From: an uncultured Thermoplasmata archaeon
GTDB lineage: Archaea; Thermoplasmatota; Thermoplasmata; RBG-16-68-12
Reading direction: 5' to 3'
Length of the DNA: 64,000 nt
Assembly: GCA_963768855.1 (NCBI GenBank)
Contig: CAVYJM010000017.1
Span: 87,615-151,614, forward strand
The notes below the pieces were generated by a model. That model had not been told where the DNA came from. It saw only the letters and a list, made by a program, of their open reading frames with translations, and did no database searches. This document shows, one piece after another, positions 1 through 10,438 of the stretch (position 1 is the stretch's first letter; each line of letters opens with the position of its first letter). The position numbers and the translations under genes were made by a program.

Positions 1-657
1 GAGGTCCTTGTCGATGACGGCCTCGACGCCGACCAGGCGGCCCGCCCTCCGGACGACCGGGATGCCCCCGCCGCCCGCGCAGATCACGACGTTGCCGTCC
101 CCGTCGCCGATCAGCTTGAGGACCGTGTCCTTCTCAATGATGTCGAGGGGCTGTGGGGAGGGCACGACCCGCCGCCAGCCGCCGCGCGCCTGGTCCTCCA
201 CGAGCTTCCAGCCCTTCGCGCGCTTCACGATCAGGTCCGACTCCCGCGTGTACAGCGGGCCGATGGGCTTCGTGGGGTGCGTGAAAGCGGGATCGGCCCC
301 GTCCACGAGGGTCTGGGTGACAATCGCCACGACGCCCCGCTCAATCCGGCGGACCGCGAACTCGTTGCGGAGCGCCTGGGCGAGGAGGTAGCCGACCTGG
401 GCCTGGCTCTCCGCGCCGCACACGTCGAGCGGCATCGCCGGGACGGCGTTCCGGGCTTCCTCGTTCTGGAGCAGGATGTTGCCGACCTGCGGACCGTTGC
501 CGTGCGTCACGACGAGGTCGTGGCCCGCCTGCACGAGGTCCGCGAGCTTCGCGGCGGTCCCCTCGATCCGGTGGCGCTGCGCGTCCGCGCTCCCGCCGTC
601 GCCGGGAGGCTGGATCGCGTTGCCGCCAATGGCCACGACCAACTTCTTTGCGGGCAT
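1..657 (-). CDS. arcC: Carbamate kinase (3' end runs off the window)
   Basis: My translation from ATG at 657: MPAKKLVVAIGGNAI...VVTHGNGPQVGNILLQ...MPLDVCGAESQAQVGY...PTKPIGP...RRVVPSPQP...CAGGGGIPV...GVEAVIDKDL. These are carbamate kinase signature motifs. Not in the ORF track because it has no stop in the window. Confidence 0.93.
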   Translation of the reverse strand, partial: MPAKKLVVAIGGNAIQPPGDGGSADAQRHRIEGTAAKLADLVQAGHDLVVTHGNGPQVGNILLQNEEARNAVPAMPLDVCGAESQAQVGYLLAQALRNEFAVRRIERGVVAIVTQTLVDGADPAFTHPTKPIGPLYTRESDLIVKRAKGWKLVEDQARGGWRRVVPSPQPLDIIEKDTVLKLIGDGDGNVVICAGGGGIPVVRRAGRLVGVEAVIDKDL

Positions 658-781
658 GAGAGAAGTCCGCGCTATTCGGACGAGCCTATAAGAAACTTAG
701 GACGTGGCTCGGCCTGCGGAGAACGGAGCGGCCAGGGGTGCGCATAACTATTTATGAAGAAGCCCGCTTCGCTCGAATTCA

Positions 782-1828
782 GTGGACCTCTCCGCCCCGG
801 CCATCCTGAAGATGGTGCAGGCCTTCCGCAAGACGAAGTGGTTCAACATCCTCCTGCTCGTCGTCCTCGGACTCATATCGACGGGCCTCTGGTACCTGAC
901 CGCAGCGGGACCCGTCGGGGAGTGTCTCGGGATCCTCCTGATCCCCGTCAGCGTCTTCGTCATCCCCTACTGGCTCGGCGAACGTCGGATGAAGACATTC
1001 GCCCTGAACATCATCCCGGTCTTCATCATCGCCGCCATCCTGATCGCGGCGCTTCAGACCCAGTCGATCCTCTCCGCAGGCAATCCGATCCTGTCGAGCG
1101 GGGTGCCTCCCGAGACCGCGAACGCGGACCTCCCGCCCCTCAGCTTCTGGAACGGGACGGTCACGCCGTACGGCTCCGCCTCCCCGAACCAGACGTACGA
1201 GTACCATGTGCGCCTGAAAACGGTCGGGAACGTGAATCGGTCGACCGTGTACGTGTCGTTAAACATCACCCAGGTCGAGGGCCTCTCCGAGGTCTTCACC
1301 GCCTATCCGATGCAGAAGGACACGAGTCCGCTCTACAACGACACGACGAACGGGACGTGGTATATCGCGTGGAGGAACCAGCCTCCCGCCATCTACGGAT
1401 TCTACTTCTACGCGAACGACACGGGGAATGGCGGGGACATTGTGAACTACACCCTTTCCTCCGGTGTCTTCGGCCCCATCATCCAGTCCTGGCCCGACTG
1501 GTACGGGTTCGTGATCCTCTTCACCGCCGTGAACCTGATCGTCCCCATCTCGTTCTACTTCGTGATCCTGTTCATGTACTGGTACACGATCCGCAACCGA
1601 CGGATGCGTGAGCGGCTGATCGAATCCCGGCGCGGGGAGAAGCTCGAGCTCGAGAAGGGTGCCGGCGGGGGCGAGAAGACGGACGCTGCGAAGGATCGTG
1701 CCGCGGCGCCCGCGCCGTCGCGGGAGAAGAGCCGGAGAGCCGCTGCCTTCACCTGTACGAACTGCGGAGCCGATGTGACCGAGGCGGATGAGAAGTGCCC
1801 GAAGTGCGGCGCGGTCTTCGAGGGCTGA
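782..1828 (+). CDS. Membrane protein: N-terminal TM helices, sequon-rich extracellular beta domain, TM helix, C-terminal zinc ribbon
   Basis: Hydrophobic segments at both ends, 8 N-x-S/T sequons in the middle, C-terminal CTNC...CPKC, GC3-rich codon use. Confidence 0.75.
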   Translation: MDLSAPAILKMVQAFRKTKWFNILLLVVLGLISTGLWYLTAAGPVGECLGILLIPVSVFVIPYWLGERRMKTFALNIIPVFIIAAILIAALQTQSILSAGNPILSSGVPPETANADLPPLSFWNGTVTPYGSASPNQTYEYHVRLKTVGNVNRSTVYVSLNITQVEGLSEVFTAYPMQKDTSPLYNDTTNGTWYIAWRNQPPAIYGFYFYANDTGNGGDIVNYTLSSGVFGPIIQSWPDWYGFVILFTAVNLIVPISFYFVILFMYWYTIRNRRMRERLIESRRGEKLELEKGAGGGEKTDAAKDRAAAPAPSREKSRRAAAFTCTNCGADVTEADEKCPKCGAVFEG

Positions 1829-1982
1829 TCCGCCCGGGATTCCCACTTTCATCCATCCCTCCTCGTCGCCTTGAAGGCGGTCCGCGTCGTCTCGCCCCCT
1901 AAACCTTATGTACGGTGGCCCAGTATGCCGAGTCTAGGGATGGGAACGCCCAGCGGCACTCCATGCCATCTGCCGTGATTCT

Positions 1983-3977
1983 ATGCCTGCGACCTCGATA
2001 GCGGAAGAGCTGGCGAAGAAGCAGCGCGAGATCAGCGTCTCCGAGTTCTTCGAGCGCAACAAGCAGATCCTCGGCTACGACTCCCCGACGAAGGCGCTCC
2101 TCACCGTGGTCAAGGAAGGGGTCGAGAACTCCCTCGACGCGTGCGAGGAGGCCGAGGTCCTGCCAGACCTGCTCGTCGAGGTCAAGAAGGTGGACAAGGA
2201 CGAGTTCCTGGTCGCCATCGAGGACAACGGGCCGGGGATCGTGAAGAAGGAGGTGCCGAACGTCTTCGGCCGCCTCCTCTACGGATCCCGCTTCCATTCC
2301 CGACGGCAGTCCCGCGGGCAACAAGGCCTGGGCATCTCCGGCGCCGTGATGTACGGTCAGCTCACGACCGGCAAGGCGACGAAGATCACATCCAAGATCG
2401 AGGAGGAGGACACGGCGTACTACCTCGAGCTCATCCTCGACACAAAGAAGAACATGCCCTCGAGGGTCCGCGAGGACCGCGTCGTCTGGGAGCGGGCCCA
2501 CGGGACACGGGTCGAGATCCCGCTGAAGGGCCGCTACATCGGCGGGAAGCAGTCCATCCCGGAGTACCTCAAAGCCACCGCGATCGTGAACCCGCACGCG
2601 CGGATCACGTACTCCCCGCCGGACGGCCAGCCGCTCGTCCTCGAGCGGGCGTCGGAGGAACTGCCGCCGAAGACGAAGGAGATCCCGCCTCATCCGCACG
2701 GCATCGAGCTCGGCACGCTCATGCAGATGATGAAGGAGACGAAGAGCTACAAGCTCTCGTCCTTCCTCGAGGAGGAGTTCGTGCGCGTGAGCGCGCGCGT
2801 GGCGAAGGAGATTTGCGACGCCGCGGGCCTCGATCCCGAGGCGAAGCCGAAATCCCTCGGGCTCGAGCAGGCCAAGGCCCTCCACGACGCGATGCAGAGC
2901 GCGAAGCTGATGGCGCCGCCCACGGACTGCCTCAGCCCGATCGGGGAGCGGCTTATCAAAAAGGGGCTCAAGAACGTCCTCGGCAACCTGCGGCCCGAGT
3001 TCTATGCGCCGCCCGTCACCCGCGACCCTTCCGTTTACACGGGCAACCCGTTCCAGGCGGAGGTCGGCATCGTGTTCGGAGGCGACCTGCCCCCCGACCA
3101 GCCGGTCGAGGTCCTGCGGTTCGCGAACCGTGTGCCCCTCATCTACCAAGCCGGCGGGTGCGCGCTCACCCAGGCCGTAGGGCACGTCGACTGGCGGCGG
3201 TACGGGCTGGAACAACGCGGGGGCGAGGGGTTGCCGTTCGGTCCCGCAATCGTCCTCGTCCACGTCTGCTCGACGAAGGTCCCCTACACCTCCGAAGCGA
3301 AGGAGGCCGTGGCGACGGTCGACGAGATCATGGAGGAGCTCGACCTCGCCCTCAAGGAGTGCGGTCGGCGGCTCAAGACGCACCTGACCAAGAAGGCCCA
3401 CCGCGCGAAGACGCGCGAGAAGTTCGAGATCGTCCAGCTCATCCTCCCGCGCATCGCGGAGAAGTCGGCCAAGGTCGTGAACAAGAAGGTGCCCGTCCTG
3501 GATGCCACGATCACGAAGATCATGGGCGTCGTCTGGATCGACGAGACGATCGCGTACGACAAGAAACAGAAGCGGCACACGGTCACGATCAACGTCCACA
3601 ACTTCACGGACGCAGGGAAGAAGCTCAACCTGCACGTGCTCCTGCCCCGCGGCCTCGCCGCGAAGGGCTTCGAGCCGAAGCCCGACGAGGTCCGCGAGGA
3701 CGGGAAGATCACCTGGGAGCTCAAGCGGATCGATTCCGTGGCCAAAGTGTCCGTGACCTTCCTCCTGGAAGGGCTCGACGAGGCGGAGTACGATGAGTCG
3801 GACCTGTACGTGAGCGGGATCAACCCGACCCTGGTCATCGGGGCGGAGCCTCTGCCAGGAGACTGGGAGCTGAACTACACGGAATTCGAGTCCGAGGAGG
3901 CCCCGCCTCCCGCGGAAGCGGAGGACGAGGGCGAGATCGACTACGACGAGACGGAGGAGGCGCTCGACGATGAGTAA
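1983..3977 (+). CDS. top6B: DNA topoisomerase VI subunit B
   Basis: [21 protein letters not shown] motifs ([29 protein letters not shown]), LRFANRVPL, adjacent to top6A. Confidence 0.97.
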   Translation: MPATSIAEELAKKQREISVSEFFERNKQILGYDSPTKALLTVVKEGVENSLDACEEAEVLPDLLVEVKKVDKDEFLVAIEDNGPGIVKKEVPNVFGRLLYGSRFHSRRQSRGQQGLGISGAVMYGQLTTGKATKITSKIEEEDTAYYLELILDTKKNMPSRVREDRVVWERAHGTRVEIPLKGRYIGGKQSIPEYLKATAIVNPHARITYSPPDGQPLVLERASEELPPKTKEIPPHPHGIELGTLMQMMKETKSYKLSSFLEEEFVRVSARVAKEICDAAGLDPEAKPKSLGLEQAKALHDAMQSAKLMAPPTDCLSPIGERLIKKGLKNVLGNLRPEFYAPPVTRDPSVYTGNPFQAEVGIVFGGDLPPDQPVEVLRFANRVPLIYQAGGCALTQAVGHVDWRRYGLEQRGGEGLPFGPAIVLVHVCSTKVPYTSEAKEAVATVDEIMEELDLALKECGRRLKTHLTKKAHRAKTREKFEIVQLILPRIAEKSAKVVNKKVPVLDATITKIMGVVWIDETIAYDKKQKRHTVTINVHNFTDAGKKLNLHVLLPRGLAAKGFEPKPDEVREDGKITWELKRIDSVAKVSVTFLLEGLDEAEYDESDLYVSGINPTLVIGAEPLPGDWELNYTEFESEEAPPPAEAEDEGEIDYDETEEALDDE

Positions 3978-5088
3978 GAAGGCGAAGGGCGCCGGGGCGC
4001 TGGCGTCGAACAAGGCCGTGGACGCGCTCTACGGGATCGCCGAGGAGATCTACGACGAGCTCGACCACGGCCAGGTCCCCAAGATGAAGATCCCCCTCCG
4101 CACGAAGGCGAACATCCGGTTCGACCCCAAGCACGCGGTCTGGAAGTACGGGAGCCTGATGGGGGTGCGGAGCGCGAAGAAGCTGAAGGGCGCGCTCATG
4201 CTCCTGCGGACGATGTACGTCCTCGAGTTCATCCAGGACATGATCAACACCTCGAAGTCTTCCACCCTGCGAGAGATGTACTACATCTCCGAGGGCTGGG
4301 ACGTGGCCAAGTTCCACTCCCAGGACGAGTCGAACCTCCTCGCGGAGGACCTCGAGGTCATCACGCAGCTCCTGCGGGAGGACTTCAAGCTCCGGCCCGA
4401 GGAGAGCGGCGCGAGCGTCATCGGCAACCTCACCCTCGAGGAGATCACGCGGAACGGCGAACGCAAGCGGATCAACTGCCGCGACGACGTCGGCGACGCG
4501 GGCTACACGATCCCCTACAACATCGAGAAGGAGAAGGTCAAGTTCATCGACGCGGATGCGAAGTTCGTCCTGGCCATCGAGACGGGCGGCATGTTCGACC
4601 GACTCGTGGAGAACGGGTTCGACGAGGACGGCAAGTGCATCCTCGTGCATCTCAAGGGGCAGCCTTCGAGGAGCACACGGCGTCTGCTCAAGCGGCTCAA
4701 CGAGGAGCTGAAGCTCCCGGTCGCGACGTTCACCGATGGCGACCCCTGGTCCTTCCGCATCCACGCCTCCGTGGCCTACGGCGCGATCAAGACCGCGCAC
4801 ATCTCCGAGTACCTCGCCACGCCCACCGCCGAGTTCGTCGGGATCACGGCCAGCGACATCTTGAACTACGAGCTGCCGACCGACGTCCTCACGCCACGCG
4901 ACGTCGGCGCGCTGAATGCGGAGCTCTCTGACCCCCGCTTCAACGACGAGTTCTGGCGGAACGAAATCCAGACAATGCTCCAGGTGAACAAGAAGGCGGA
5001 GCAGCAGGCGCTCGCGAAGTACGGCCTCGACTACGTCACGGACACGTACCTGCCGGAGAAGCTCGGACCCCTCGGTCTGATGCGCTGA
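3970..5088 (+). CDS. top6A: DNA topoisomerase VI subunit A
   Basis: STLREMYY (catalytic Tyr), [35 protein letters not shown]. Overlaps the top6B stop. Confidence 0.97.
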   Translation: MSKKAKGAGALASNKAVDALYGIAEEIYDELDHGQVPKMKIPLRTKANIRFDPKHAVWKYGSLMGVRSAKKLKGALMLLRTMYVLEFIQDMINTSKSSTLREMYYISEGWDVAKFHSQDESNLLAEDLEVITQLLREDFKLRPEESGASVIGNLTLEEITRNGERKRINCRDDVGDAGYTIPYNIEKEKVKFIDADAKFVLAIETGGMFDRLVENGFDEDGKCILVHLKGQPSRSTRRLLKRLNEELKLPVATFTDGDPWSFRIHASVAYGAIKTAHISEYLATPTAEFVGITASDILNYELPTDVLTPRDVGALNAELSDPRFNDEFWRNEIQTMLQVNKKAEQQALAKYGLDYVTDTYLPEKLGPLGLMR

Positions 5089-7203
5089 TCAGGGACTCTC
5101 GGGGGGAGCGCTCAGTACGCTCCCCAGGGTCCCGTCGACCCAGAGGGATCGCGTCTTGCCGCTCCCGTTGGACTGCATCTCGAACTTCCAGACCGGCAGA
5201 AGGCAGAGCTCCGGTTGCTCCGTCAAGACCTTCGCTCCGAGGGAGCGGTGGACGATCTCCTTGGCTTGGGAGGGACCGACCCGGGCCACAGGGACATGGT
5301 CGCCAATCTTCTGGGAGGGGCCGGGCTCCAGTTGGGCTTTCGTGGCGAGGGGTTCGAGTCGGGAGACGTCCTTGCGGGGGAACTCCTCGAAGCTCAGGCT
5401 CCCGTCGACCACGTGGGCGATTCCTCCCGAGGCGGCGTTCACGTAGAACTGGCGGGCGACCTTCCCTCCTTTTCGGCCCAACGGGATTTCCGCCTCGACG
5501 CGCCACAGGGGGACGAAGTAGAACTCCTTCCCTGTGATTCGCTCCTTCGGGATGACGAGCATCCGTCGCTCAATGGAATCGTTGGCGCGCTTCGTTGCCT
5601 CGACGAGCGGGAACCGGAGAGGCAACCAGGCGATCTTGGCCGGAATGCCGCGGCGCACATCGAACCCAATCGTCGGGTCCCAGTACACGTCGCGGCCCTC
5701 GACGTGCTCGGGCCGCAGGAGGCGCGCCTCGGCTAGCTTCCGCAGGAGGATCGACAGAAAGCGTTCGTCCGCCGGGTTCATCCCTCCGACCTCCTCGAGG
5801 CCGTACAGTCCCGGATGATCCTCGAACAGATGCAGGACCCTCAATCCGATACCCTCCTCGACCTCGACCTTGGCGGTCGATTTCGCGGCCTTCGTCGCCG
5901 CGGCCGCTAGCTTCTGACGCTTCGTGGCCTTGTCGTCCGGGGCGGGCTTAGGAGTCGCGAGCTCGTGGGTCGACTGGATCTCGTGGAATTTTTCCTCCGG
6001 AACCACGACGTGTTGCGTCGCGAGACCGCGGACCTCGAGCTTTTCCACGCGGCCGAGGTGCTCCGGGGACAGGAGGAGGAACTGGCCCGCCTTCAGGGAC
6101 GGGGCGAGGGAGAGGACCTCGTCAGGGTCGCTTGGATGAAGCGAGCCGACCAGATGGCGAACCCGATCCAGGTCCTGCTTCGCGAGGAGGCGGCCGAGGG
6201 CCCACGTGTTCGCCTGCCCCAGCGCCTTGTAGTCGAGGTCCGTTACGTTCTGGGTCGCGACGATGAGCCCGACGCCGTACTTGCGCGCCTGGCGGAAGAG
6301 CAGGGAGAGGAACTTCTTCGCGGGAGGGTTCTTCGGATGGGGCGGGCACAGCCCGGCCACCTCGTCGATGTAGAAGACCAGCCGCAGATGGCCGTTCGTC
6401 TCCGAGACCATCCAGTGGTAGACGTCCTCGCACAGGGTCGCGACCACCATCTCCCGCTCGGAGGGGCTCCTGAGGCCGCCCGTGTAGACGATGTTCACCG
6501 GCGTGCGGCCCTTCGGCGCCCAGGAGACCATCTCCTTGGCGTCGAGAGGGGGTCCTGCCGTGAACAGCAGGCCCTTCGCCCCGACCGTCATCGCCTTGGC
6601 CCGCCGCACGAGGGCGCTCCGTTCCTTGCGAGAGAGCAGGCCGCCGTCCGATGTCGACTCCCGTTCGAGAATCCGGGGAAGGTCCGAGACCTCCTTGGGC
6701 CACTTCCCCGCCTTCCACGCGTCTTGCAGGGCGAGGTAGATCGAGTCCTTCGCCCGAGACCCGCTGTCTGACGTGAGCGTGTAGCCCATCGCCGAGGCGA
6801 GCCCCTCCGCGATCGCGTCCAGATACAGCACCGCATCTTCGGCAGCCTCGGTGGCGGGGGCGTCCTTCAGGGGGTTCAGGCTCCGTGCCACGCCATGGCG
6901 TGACCCGGGCGTGAGGATCTGGATGGCGGCGCGGGACCAGTATTCGTCCCGCGCGTCCTCGGGCGTCCCGTGGGCCTCGGACGACTCCTGACTCGCGGCG
7001 ATGGCGAGGGACGCGAGGTCCCCCTGGCTGTCCACCGCGATGACGGGGATGCCGGCGCGGACGGCCTCCTCGAGGATCGCTTTTCCGAGGACGGTCTTCC
7101 CCGACCCTGTGGCGCCCAGGATCACGACGTGGCGGAGGAGGTCCTCTTCGGGCAGCCGAATCGGCTCGCCGGTGTCCGGATTCCTCCCTAGATGAAGCGG
7201 CAT
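5089..7203 (-). CDS. HerA/FtsK-superfamily (DUF87-like) ATPase with C-terminal wHTH-like and duplicated small domains
   Basis: HVVILGATGSGKT Walker A, FYIDEV Walker B, ARKYGVGLIVATQ motif. Confidence 0.85.
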   Translation of the reverse strand: MPLHLGRNPDTGEPIRLPEEDLLRHVVILGATGSGKTVLGKAILEEAVRAGIPVIAVDSQGDLASLAIAASQESSEAHGTPEDARDEYWSRAAIQILTPGSRHGVARSLNPLKDAPATEAAEDAVLYLDAIAEGLASAMGYTLTSDSGSRAKDSIYLALQDAWKAGKWPKEVSDLPRILERESTSDGGLLSRKERSALVRRAKAMTVGAKGLLFTAGPPLDAKEMVSWAPKGRTPVNIVYTGGLRSPSEREMVVATLCEDVYHWMVSETNGHLRLVFYIDEVAGLCPPHPKNPPAKKFLSLLFRQARKYGVGLIVATQNVTDLDYKALGQANTWALGRLLAKQDLDRVRHLVGSLHPSDPDEVLSLAPSLKAGQFLLLSPEHLGRVEKLEVRGLATQHVVVPEEKFHEIQSTHELATPKPAPDDKATKRQKLAAAATKAAKSTAKVEVEEGIGLRVLHLFEDHPGLYGLEEVGGMNPADERFLSILLRKLAEARLLRPEHVEGRDVYWDPTIGFDVRRGIPAKIAWLPLRFPLVEATKRANDSIERRMLVIPKERITGKEFYFVPLWRVEAEIPLGRKGGKVARQFYVNAASGGIAHVVDGSLSFEEFPRKDVSRLEPLATKAQLEPGPSQKIGDHVPVARVGPSQAKEIVHRSLGAKVLTEQPELCLLPVWKFEMQSNGSGKTRSLWVDGTLGSVLSAPPESP
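5092..5133. terminator. Hairpin at the convergent top6A / HerA junction
   Basis: GGGGAGCG (5103-5110) pairs with CGCTCCCC (5118-5125), extended by GGGAC/GTCCC. Confidence 0.35.
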
Positions 7204-7376
7204 AGGGGCCTTCCAACCCGTCGCGAACCAGAGCTAGTCCCCGGGCTCGCATATATCTTTGTCGGGGCTCCCCGGGGCTTCCGTACGCCGACCTATTGTA
7301 ATTATACTACGGGCCGAGGATTCTTACGAACCGCGCCGCCCAAGGGGACCGAAGCGTTTCGAAGGACTGTGTGTGC

Positions 7377-8288
7377 ATGTTCTATGAGGTTCGGTTCCAT
7401 GGCCGCGGAGGCCAGGGGGCCGTCATGGCGGCGCAGGCCCTCGCGGTGGCGGCGTCCCACGATGGGTTTTCGGCGATCGCGTTCCCGTTCTTCGGCGCGG
7501 AGCGGCGCGGGGCACCCGTGCTCGCCTTCGCCCGGTTCGGGGAGGAGCGGCTGCGCGTCCGCACCCAGGTGTACGAACCGCACTACGTCGTCGTCCTCGA
7601 CGAGAGCCTGATCGACACGGTCGACGTGCTCGCGGGACTGCGGCCCGGCGGCATGGTCATCGTGAACACGACCCGGTCCCCGGATCGCCTCGTGCTCTCC
7701 AAGAAGGCCAAGTCCGCGACGGTCGACGCCACGTCCATCGCGCTCGAGTACACGAAGCAGGCCGCGGTGAACACGGCCATGCTCGGCGCCTTCGCGAAGG
7801 CCACCGGGCTCATCACGATCGAGGGGGTCGAGGCCGGGATCATGGAGGTCTTCGGCCGCCGCCTGTCCAAGGAGATCGCGGATCGCAACGTGGCCGCGGC
7901 ACGCGCCGCGTACGACGCCACCCGGCTGGGGGAAGCGGACAGCGGCCGAGTCTATCCCAAGGTCTCGAAGTGGCTGCCCACCGCCCAGGAGCTGCCTCCC
8001 GGACTCGCGACGCCCGCGATGGAAACCCCCTTCGGGCGCGTCGGCGTGGGCAGCTCGCCCTCGAACCGCACGGGCGGATGGCGCGTGAGCAAGCCCATCC
8101 TGGACGGCTCGAAGTGCACGAACTGCCTCCTGTGCTGGTTCTACTGCCCGGACGGCTCGATCGCCCGGGGCGACAAGATCGTCGAGATCCACTACGATTA
8201 CTGCAAGGGCTGCGGCGTCTGCGCCGCGGTCTGCGCCCCGAAGGCGATTCACATGGAACGCGAACTCGAAGAAGAGGTGAAGGCATGA
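7377..8288 (+). CDS. porC: 2-oxoacid:ferredoxin oxidoreductase gamma-delta fusion subunit
   Basis: EVRFHGRGGQGAV, FGAERRGAPV, NTAMLGA, then two [4Fe-4S] motifs CTNCLLCWFYCP and CKGCGVCAAVCP. Confidence 0.92.
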   Translation: MFYEVRFHGRGGQGAVMAAQALAVAASHDGFSAIAFPFFGAERRGAPVLAFARFGEERLRVRTQVYEPHYVVVLDESLIDTVDVLAGLRPGGMVIVNTTRSPDRLVLSKKAKSATVDATSIALEYTKQAAVNTAMLGAFAKATGLITIEGVEAGIMEVFGRRLSKEIADRNVAAARAAYDATRLGEADSGRVYPKVSKWLPTAQELPPGLATPAMETPFGRVGVGSSPSNRTGGWRVSKPILDGSKCTNCLLCWFYCPDGSIARGDKIVEIHYDYCKGCGVCAAVCAPKAIHMERELEEEVKA

Positions 8289-9496
8289 TCGCGCCGAAGC
8301 TGGCGACGACGGGCGAGCGGCGCATGGTCACCGGAGACTATGCCGCGGCGTGGGGCGCCATGGTGTCCCGGCCGCAGGTCGTGGCCGCCTACCCGATCAC
8401 GCCCCAGACGATGATCATCGAACACCTGGCGGAGTTCCTGGCGGCCGGGAAGCTCGACGCGGAGATGATGCGCGTCGAGTCCGAGCACAGCGCGATGTCC
8501 GCGGTCATCGCGGCCGAAGCCACCGGGGTGCGCACGTACACCGCGACCTCGTCCCAGGGCCTCGCACTCATGCACGAGCCGCTGTTCGTCTCCCCGCCCA
8601 TGCACCTGCCCATCGTCATGTCCGTCGTGAACCGCACGGTGGCTGCGCCCCTCGGCATCTGGGTCGAGCACAACGACACGATGCCCCAGCGCGACTCGGG
8701 CTGGATGCAGGTCTACGTCGAGGACGCCCAGGAGGCCCTCGACATGGTGCTCCAGGGGTACCGCATCGCGGAGCACCCGGAGGTCGAACTGCCCTTGATG
8801 ACCGGCATGGATGCGTTCCTCGTGTCCCACACGATCGAATCGGTCGACCTGATCAACCAGGAGGACGCGGACAAGTTCCTTCCCGCCTACAAGCCCGTGC
8901 ACGCGTATCTCGACCCCGAGCGGCCCCTCGTGCTCGGCGCGGCCTCGCCGCCCGAGTACATCCAGGAGTCGCGGTGGGAGACGGACCTGCGCATGCGCCG
9001 CGCCACGGAGATCCTCGAAGAGACGGACCGCGAGTTCGGCCGGGCATTCGGCCGCGCCTACGGCGGCGCGTTCGAGACCTACCGCCTCGAAGACGCGGAT
9101 GTCGCGCTCATGACGCTCGGCACGGTCACCTCGACCGCGCGCGAGGTCGTCGACCGCCTCCGCGCGCAGGGCGAACGCGTGGGCCTGATCAAACTGCGCT
9201 TCTTCCGGCCGTTCCCCACGGAGCGGCTCCAGGAGGCGACATCGCACCTGAAGGCCCTCGGCGTCTACGACCGCGCCGTCTCGTACGGCGTCGGCGGTCC
9301 GAGCTACATCGAGGCCCGCAACGCCCTCTACGACTCCACGACGATGCCCATCCTCGGGTTCCTCGCCGGCCTCGGCGGCCGGGACGTGACCCCGCAGGAC
9401 GTGGAGCTCATGTTCAAGAAGACGCTCGGGGCGATCGGCCGCGGGCGGCGGGCGAGCGGCGTGCACTGGATCGGCACCCGGGGGGTGAGCCCATGA
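8285..9496 (+). CDS. porA: 2-oxoacid:ferredoxin oxidoreductase alpha subunit
   Basis: AAYPITPQT, ESEHSAMS, TATSSQGLALMHE, IKLRFFRPFP, GLGGRD. ATG at 8285 overlaps the upstream stop. Substrate specificity not determined. Confidence 0.93.
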   Translation: MIAPKLATTGERRMVTGDYAAAWGAMVSRPQVVAAYPITPQTMIIEHLAEFLAAGKLDAEMMRVESEHSAMSAVIAAEATGVRTYTATSSQGLALMHEPLFVSPPMHLPIVMSVVNRTVAAPLGIWVEHNDTMPQRDSGWMQVYVEDAQEALDMVLQGYRIAEHPEVELPLMTGMDAFLVSHTIESVDLINQEDADKFLPAYKPVHAYLDPERPLVLGAASPPEYIQESRWETDLRMRRATEILEETDREFGRAFGRAYGGAFETYRLEDADVALMTLGTVTSTAREVVDRLRAQGERVGLIKLRFFRPFPTERLQEATSHLKALGVYDRAVSYGVGGPSYIEARNALYDSTTMPILGFLAGLGGRDVTPQDVELMFKKTLGAIGRGRRASGVHWIGTRGVSP

Positions 9497-10425
9497 CGAC
9501 GATCAAAGAGCTGACCGAGGAGGACTACTTCCTCTCCGGACACACGGCTTGCCCGGGCTGCGGCGGCGCGATGGTCGTCCGCGAGACGATGAAGGTCCTC
9601 GGACCGAACACGGTCGTGTACATGCCGGCCTCGTGCCTGCTGATCTTCAGCGACATGTACCCCTACAACGCGTTCAAGGTGCCCAGCCTCCAGGTCCTCT
9701 TCGAGACCTCGGCGATCTGCGCGTCCGGCATCAAGCGCGCCCTGAAGCGCCTCGGCAAGGACGACGTGACCGTCGTCGCGTTCGCCGGAGACGGGGGAAC
9801 CGCGGACATCGGGATGCAGGCCCTCAGCGGTGCGGCGGAGCGCAACGAGGACATCCTCTACGTCTGCTACGACAACGAGGCCTACATGAACACGGGCATC
9901 CAGCGCAGCGGCACGACGCCGTTCGGCGCGTGGACCACCACGACGCCCCTGGGCGGGACGTCGGAGGGACGGGGCAAGAACGAGTTCAAGAAGGACGTGC
10001 CCCGGATCCTCATGGCCCACGACGTGCCCTACGTGGCCACGGCCAGCCTCGGGTTCCCGGCGGACTTCCTCAAGAAGCTCGACAAGGCGAAGGCGAAGAA
10101 GGGCTTCCGCTACCTGCACGTGCTCGCGCCCTGCCCCGTCGGGTGGCGCGCGGAGTCCGACACGACCGTGGACCTCGCCAAGCTCGCCGTCGAGACGGGC
10201 ATCTTCACCCTCCTGGAGTTCGAGGACGGCGTCCTCACGCTGAACCGCGAGCCGCGCTTCACGCCGGTCCGCGAGTACCTGAAGCTGCAGGGACGGTTCC
10301 GGCACCTGAAGGACGACCAGATCGCGGCAATCGAGAAGTGGGTCAAGGACAAGTGGGAGCGCGACCGCGCGCTCGCGAAGGCCCTCGGCCCGAAGCCCAA
10401 GGCGCCCGTGCTCGTGTCCCGGTGA
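9493..10425 (+). CDS. porB: 2-oxoacid:ferredoxin oxidoreductase beta subunit
   Basis: GHTACPGCG, TPP motif GDGGTADIG...YDNEAYMNTGIQRS, APCPVGW. Confidence 0.93.
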   Translation: MTTIKELTEEDYFLSGHTACPGCGGAMVVRETMKVLGPNTVVYMPASCLLIFSDMYPYNAFKVPSLQVLFETSAICASGIKRALKRLGKDDVTVVAFAGDGGTADIGMQALSGAAERNEDILYVCYDNEAYMNTGIQRSGTTPFGAWTTTTPLGGTSEGRGKNEFKKDVPRILMAHDVPYVATASLGFPADFLKKLDKAKAKKGFRYLHVLAPCPVGWRAESDTTVDLAKLAVETGIFTLLEFEDGVLTLNREPRFTPVREYLKLQGRFRHLKDDQIAAIEKWVKDKWERDRALAKALGPKPKAPVLVSR

Positions 10426-10438
10426 GCGGCCCGCTCGA

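Noticed and set aside
3480-3977. C-terminal extension of Top6B
   Set aside because: An Ig-like C-terminal domain is already known from euryarchaeal Top6B (Methanosarcina), and the acidic tail is unremarkable.
1899-4013. Long antisense and alternate-frame ORFs across the window (e.g. 1899-4013, 20985-23423, 41573-42958, 58465-60645)
   Set aside because: They shadow well-supported genes, are Arg/Gly/Pro-rich and are expected in high-GC3 DNA.
7377-8288. PorC-PorD fusion
   Set aside because: Gamma-delta fusions are known in this enzyme family.
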